From NCBI GenBank assembly GCA_016840165.1, contig JAEOSU010000032.1, positions 64,001-128,000 of the forward strand: 64,000 nucleotides of DNA. The letters are read 5' to 3'. The stretch's first letter is position 1. Every line of letters starts with the position of its first letter. Under the pieces are notes generated by a model that ran no database searches, was not told the DNA's origin, and saw nothing but the letters and a program-made list of their open reading frames with translations. The DNA is from Promethearchaeota archaeon (GTDB lineage: Archaea > Asgardarchaeota > Lokiarchaeia > Sigyniarchaeales > SOKP01). The position numbers and the translations under genes were made by a program. This document shows positions 60,869 to 64,000 of the stretch, piece after piece.

Positions 60869-62173
60869 TTATACTTGCTCCTCTGTTTTTTTAATTAAGT
60901 CGACCACCCTTGTCATATGAGTGTATCGATCGTAAACTTCTATAGGAATTCCAGTTTCTTCTCCTACTTTTTTCATAAGTTCTAAACCCTGTTTTTCATT
61001 AGGTCCTCCACGTCGTACAAAAATCTTTACGTTTGCCTTTTTTAATTTTTCAACTGAATTTCGAATAGCATTAACGATACCCGTAAAGGTTGCCTTCACA
61101 TCAGTAAAATTGGCAATCCCTCCACCAATTATTAAATATTTGGGATGGCCTTTCGGATCAGGATGTTCTGTAATAAGATCAATTATAGTTTGAGCATAAA
61201 TCTCAGTGTGCTCCCTTGATGGATTACCTGAATACTCTCCATAATTCCCTAATTCTGATCCAAGTCCTAAATCAACTATAGTATCCGTGTAAATAACCGA
61301 AGCTCCACCTCCTGCAACCATTGTCCAGACTCTTCCTTCAGGATTTAATATCTTAAGTTTCAGCGATGCTCCCGTCTTCTCGTCAAGTTCACTGATTTTA
61401 GCTTCTTCTTTTGACATTACTTGACCAAATCCAGCGGGGAACTCAATGGGGTTCTTTGGATTTCCCCATGTGTCTGGATGAAGAAATTGGGCAGTATCAT
61501 CTAATCTTGCTTTCACATCTAAAGGAACAATTCTCTTATCCTCTGTAATAGCAAAAGGATTAATTTCTAAAAATGCAAAATCTTGATCTTGATATACTTG
61601 AAATAATCCCTTAATAAATGGGATTAAAACCTCCTCATATTCACCCAAATCTGGAAGGTTACTTTTTAAATCGAAATTATTAATATCAACCCCTATAGGT
61701 ACGGGAATGTGATGCACCTTATCCCAATTCTCTTCAATAAAGATACCCCCTTCAAAACTAAAATGAATAATGTCGGATTCCCGATCGGATGTAATTGAGA
61801 CGTAATATTCCTTTTCATGAGGTATAAATGGCTCTACAAGTAATCTCTTCAATTCCCCACGAACACTACCAATCTCAAAAACTCTACCGAGATTGTTATG
61901 ACAAAAATTTTTCATATCATCAGAATCAGCATCAAGTAAGAGGAGGTTTGCCTTCCCTCGTTTCCCAAAGAGTTGATCTGGTTTAACAACAACTTTTTCA
62001 GTTTTTATCCATGGATTTTCTATGATAGTTCTATCTAAATCTGTAGCAGAATCAATAACAGCCAACTTATTATGATATTTAAAATCAGGAATATACTTGG
62101 GTAATTGACTTGCTAAGAGTTTTTTTGCGTCATATTCAAAAATACTTTTTTGCGCCAATTCTCTCGTTCTCAC
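60869..62173 (-). CDS. aclB: ATP-citrate lyase beta subunit
   Basis: KPDQLFGKRGK, GASLKL, WTMVAGGGASVIY, NYGEYSG, GGIANFT, VRRGGPN; start may be TTG 62158. Confidence 0.95.
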   Translation of the reverse strand: MRTRELAQKSIFEYDAKKLLASQLPKYIPDFKYHNKLAVIDSATDLDRTIIENPWIKTEKVVVKPDQLFGKRGKANLLLLDADSDDMKNFCHNNLGRVFEIGSVRGELKRLLVEPFIPHEKEYYVSITSDRESDIIHFSFEGGIFIEENWDKVHHIPVPIGVDINNFDLKSNLPDLGEYEEVLIPFIKGLFQVYQDQDFAFLEINPFAITEDKRIVPLDVKARLDDTAQFLHPDTWGNPKNPIEFPAGFGQVMSKEEAKISELDEKTGASLKLKILNPEGRVWTMVAGGGASVIYTDTIVDLGLGSELGNYGEYSGNPSREHTEIYAQTIIDLITEHPDPKGHPKYLIIGGGIANFTDVKATFTGIVNAIRNSVEKLKKANVKIFVRRGGPNEKQGLELMKKVGEETGIPIEVYDRYTHMTRVVDLIKKTEEQV

Positions 62174-62441
62174 TTACTATTATTCTAAATTATATATATG
62201 AAATTAATAATAAGTAGAGAGTCCTTTTTAATATAAATTTTTCCCACAGAATTAATATGGGAATAGTTTCCCTTGTTTTAATGAAGAGCGCTTAGATTTT
62301 TGAATGAATTATGATTTGTAAATATCAGATTACTGATAATCGTAAAATCATTGTAAGGATCTGATGATTTACTGATCATTATTAATGATATATCATTTTC
62401 TTTATAGATTCAAGACTTATAAAAAAAGAAAAAATTAATAT

Positions 62442-63173
62442 TTATTCTTTAATAAAAAGCTCTTTTATGAATCGGGGTAAAATAAATCCAATATAGAACT
62501 CTATAGCACTTGAAATTAAAATTATTCTCGCTATCGTTAGAGTGACGATATTTAGAGGGAGAGCTGCATCCATCATTGCCCCAATACTCCATGATATAAA
62601 AGCAACGATTAAGAACTTACCTTTTAAATTTACCGTAACATCTTTAGATCGAAGTGATTCAAGTCCAAATAGTACTCCTGTTATTAATACAGTAATTACA
62701 ATGAATAAAGCAAAAATCAGAACAATACCTCTATACGTCACATCAAAAATTCCCGTAATTTCTCCGATTACATTTGGATCAACGATAAGGAAGTATACAA
62801 GATATATCTCATAAACAATTCCAATTATTGCATAAATCGCTACTATTAATTTTTGTTTACTTTTAAATTTCAGATCGGTAAATGCAAGAATCCAAATCAC
62901 TAGAATTAATGGAGAGGCGATATTACCAATAGTGAAATAAATCGCTGGGCTTATGCCTGAATTTGTAATTAAATATGTCAGAAATGCCACAGTACTCGGT
63001 AACCAAGGAGTAGTAAGTCCAATCCATGTTATACCCACCAGTAATAGTGTTCTATTTTTGAATTGAAAGTATTTAGAAGCAATAATAATGCCCACAATCA
63101 ATGACACTATAACAAAAATCAAACTGAAAGTTCCATTTAAAATGTCAAGTGGTTCTAAAGTCATTTCTATCAT
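62442..63173 (-). CDS. Seven-TM membrane protein of unknown function
   Basis: Seven hydrophobic segments, no soluble catalytic domain. Confidence 0.75.
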   Translation of the reverse strand: MIEMTLEPLDILNGTFSLIFVIVSLIVGIIIASKYFQFKNRTLLLVGITWIGLTTPWLPSTVAFLTYLITNSGISPAIYFTIGNIASPLILVIWILAFTDLKFKSKQKLIVAIYAIIGIVYEIYLVYFLIVDPNVIGEITGIFDVTYRGIVLIFALFIVITVLITGVLFGLESLRSKDVTVNLKGKFLIVAFISWSIGAMMDAALPLNIVTLTIARIILISSAIEFYIGFILPRFIKELFIKE

Positions 63174-63308
63174 CTATTAAAATAATTATAGAGAAATAGT
63201 CTTAGAACTTCTTTATTAATTTATCTTAATTTCATATTTCTAGCGCTTATTTGACAAAAAAGTAAGGATATAAAAATATATCTTGAAAAACGATTAAATT
63301 AATGATAT

Positions 63309-64000
63309 TTACTCATCTTTCGTTAATTTTGTGGTTACTGGGGTACAACCCAGTACTTCTTTAAACTGTAACATATAATTCATATCAATAGGATCATGAG
63401 CATCTTCCCAAGATAGCTTTAAAAGCTCTTTAGCTTTTTCTGGTTTTTCTGAGATGATATTATGGTTTAATTGTGGATCGTTATTGACATCATATAAGCT
63501 TCCCTCTTCAGTGTCCCATATAAAACCGTTATACCAATAGTCTCCATCGAAGACAGCAACAGATCCACCCCACGCAACTGTGACATGATCATAATATATT
63601 AAATCATCATCTTCAACTAATCTTAGTAGGTCTTTTCCTTCCATTTTATTCGCAGATACACTACAAGCATTACATATAGTCGTTGCAATATCATGATGAT
63701 AACAAAATTTTTCACAAGTTTTTCCACTATGTTTTCCTCCTGGAAAACGTATCATAGCTACAAGATCAGCAACTTCACGCCCTAATGGATTAGCTGCTTT
63801 CGCTATAAGACCGTGTTCTCCAAGCATATGGCCGTGATCTGAAACAACAACTATAATTGACTCATCCCATATTCCTATTCGTTTAATATAATCGATGAAA
63901 TAACCGAACCATGTATCTACAAGTGAAACTTCTGCCGCATATCTTGTTTTGATATTCTTTAATTCCTGTGTTGTAAGGATTCTTGCGGGTCCATAAAGGG
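63309..64000 (-). CDS. Sulfatase family protein, C-terminal part; starts beyond window end
   Basis: Frame open to window edge: RYAAEVSLVDTWFG...IVVVSDHGHMLGEHG, HHDIATTI, LYDVNNDP. Confidence 0.88.
   Translation of the reverse strand, partial: LYGPARILTTQELKNIKTRYAAEVSLVDTWFGYFIDYIKRIGIWDESIIVVVSDHGHMLGEHGLIAKAANPLGREVADLVAMIRFPGGKHSGKTCEKFCYHHDIATTICNACSVSANKMEGKDLLRLVEDDDLIYYDHVTVAWGGSVAVFDGDYWYNGFIWDTEEGSLYDVNNDPQLNHNIISEKPEKAKELLKLSWEDAHDPIDMNYMLQFKEVLGCTPVTTKLTKDE

Noticed and set aside
62301-62380. Second SECIS or box C/D sRNA
   Set aside because: GAATGAA start resembles the SECIS but no plus-strand gene lies upstream and no matching GA core closes a stem; TGATGA/CTGA boxes are in wrong spacing
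1-64000. CRISPR arrays, tRNA/rRNA, IS elements, prophage; remaining short nested ORFs in the track
   Set aside because: No repeat-spacer periodicity, cloverleaf, transposase or phage gene seen by eye; nested ORFs overlap well-supported genes

Overview
AT-rich archaeal window whose gene content (Asgard-type hypothetical and 7TM proteins, W/Mo-AORs, archaeal HTH-10 and Lrp regulators, AGGTGA/GGAGG ribosome-binding sites) points to a Lokiarchaeia/Asgard genome (inference). No rRNA, tRNA, CRISPR or intact mobile element was seen. Main contents: (1) a gene missed by the ORF track at 3077-3589 encoding a peroxiredoxin-like protein with two in-frame UGA codons in the CxxC position (W-U-K-H-U), followed by a eukaryote-style SECIS-like hairpin in its 3' UTR; (2) a lysine fermentation cluster of the aminotransferase (kat) variant: kat, kce, kdd, kamA, kamB, kamD, kamE, split by an inverted ZIP/ZIP/DtxR-like metal cassette; (3) an arginine/ornithine/proline catabolic region with an arginine-synthetase-like (COG2403/ArcE) gene and no arginine deiminase in view, a protist-type OTC, carbamate kinase, ornithine aminotransferase, a proline-dehydrogenase-like pair, an AOR and an ALDH; (4) a two-subunit ATP-citrate lyase plus an isocitrate/isopropylmalate-family dehydrogenase; and many SDRs, hydrolases, transporters and regulators. 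Family calls come from motif recognition only; no searches were run.
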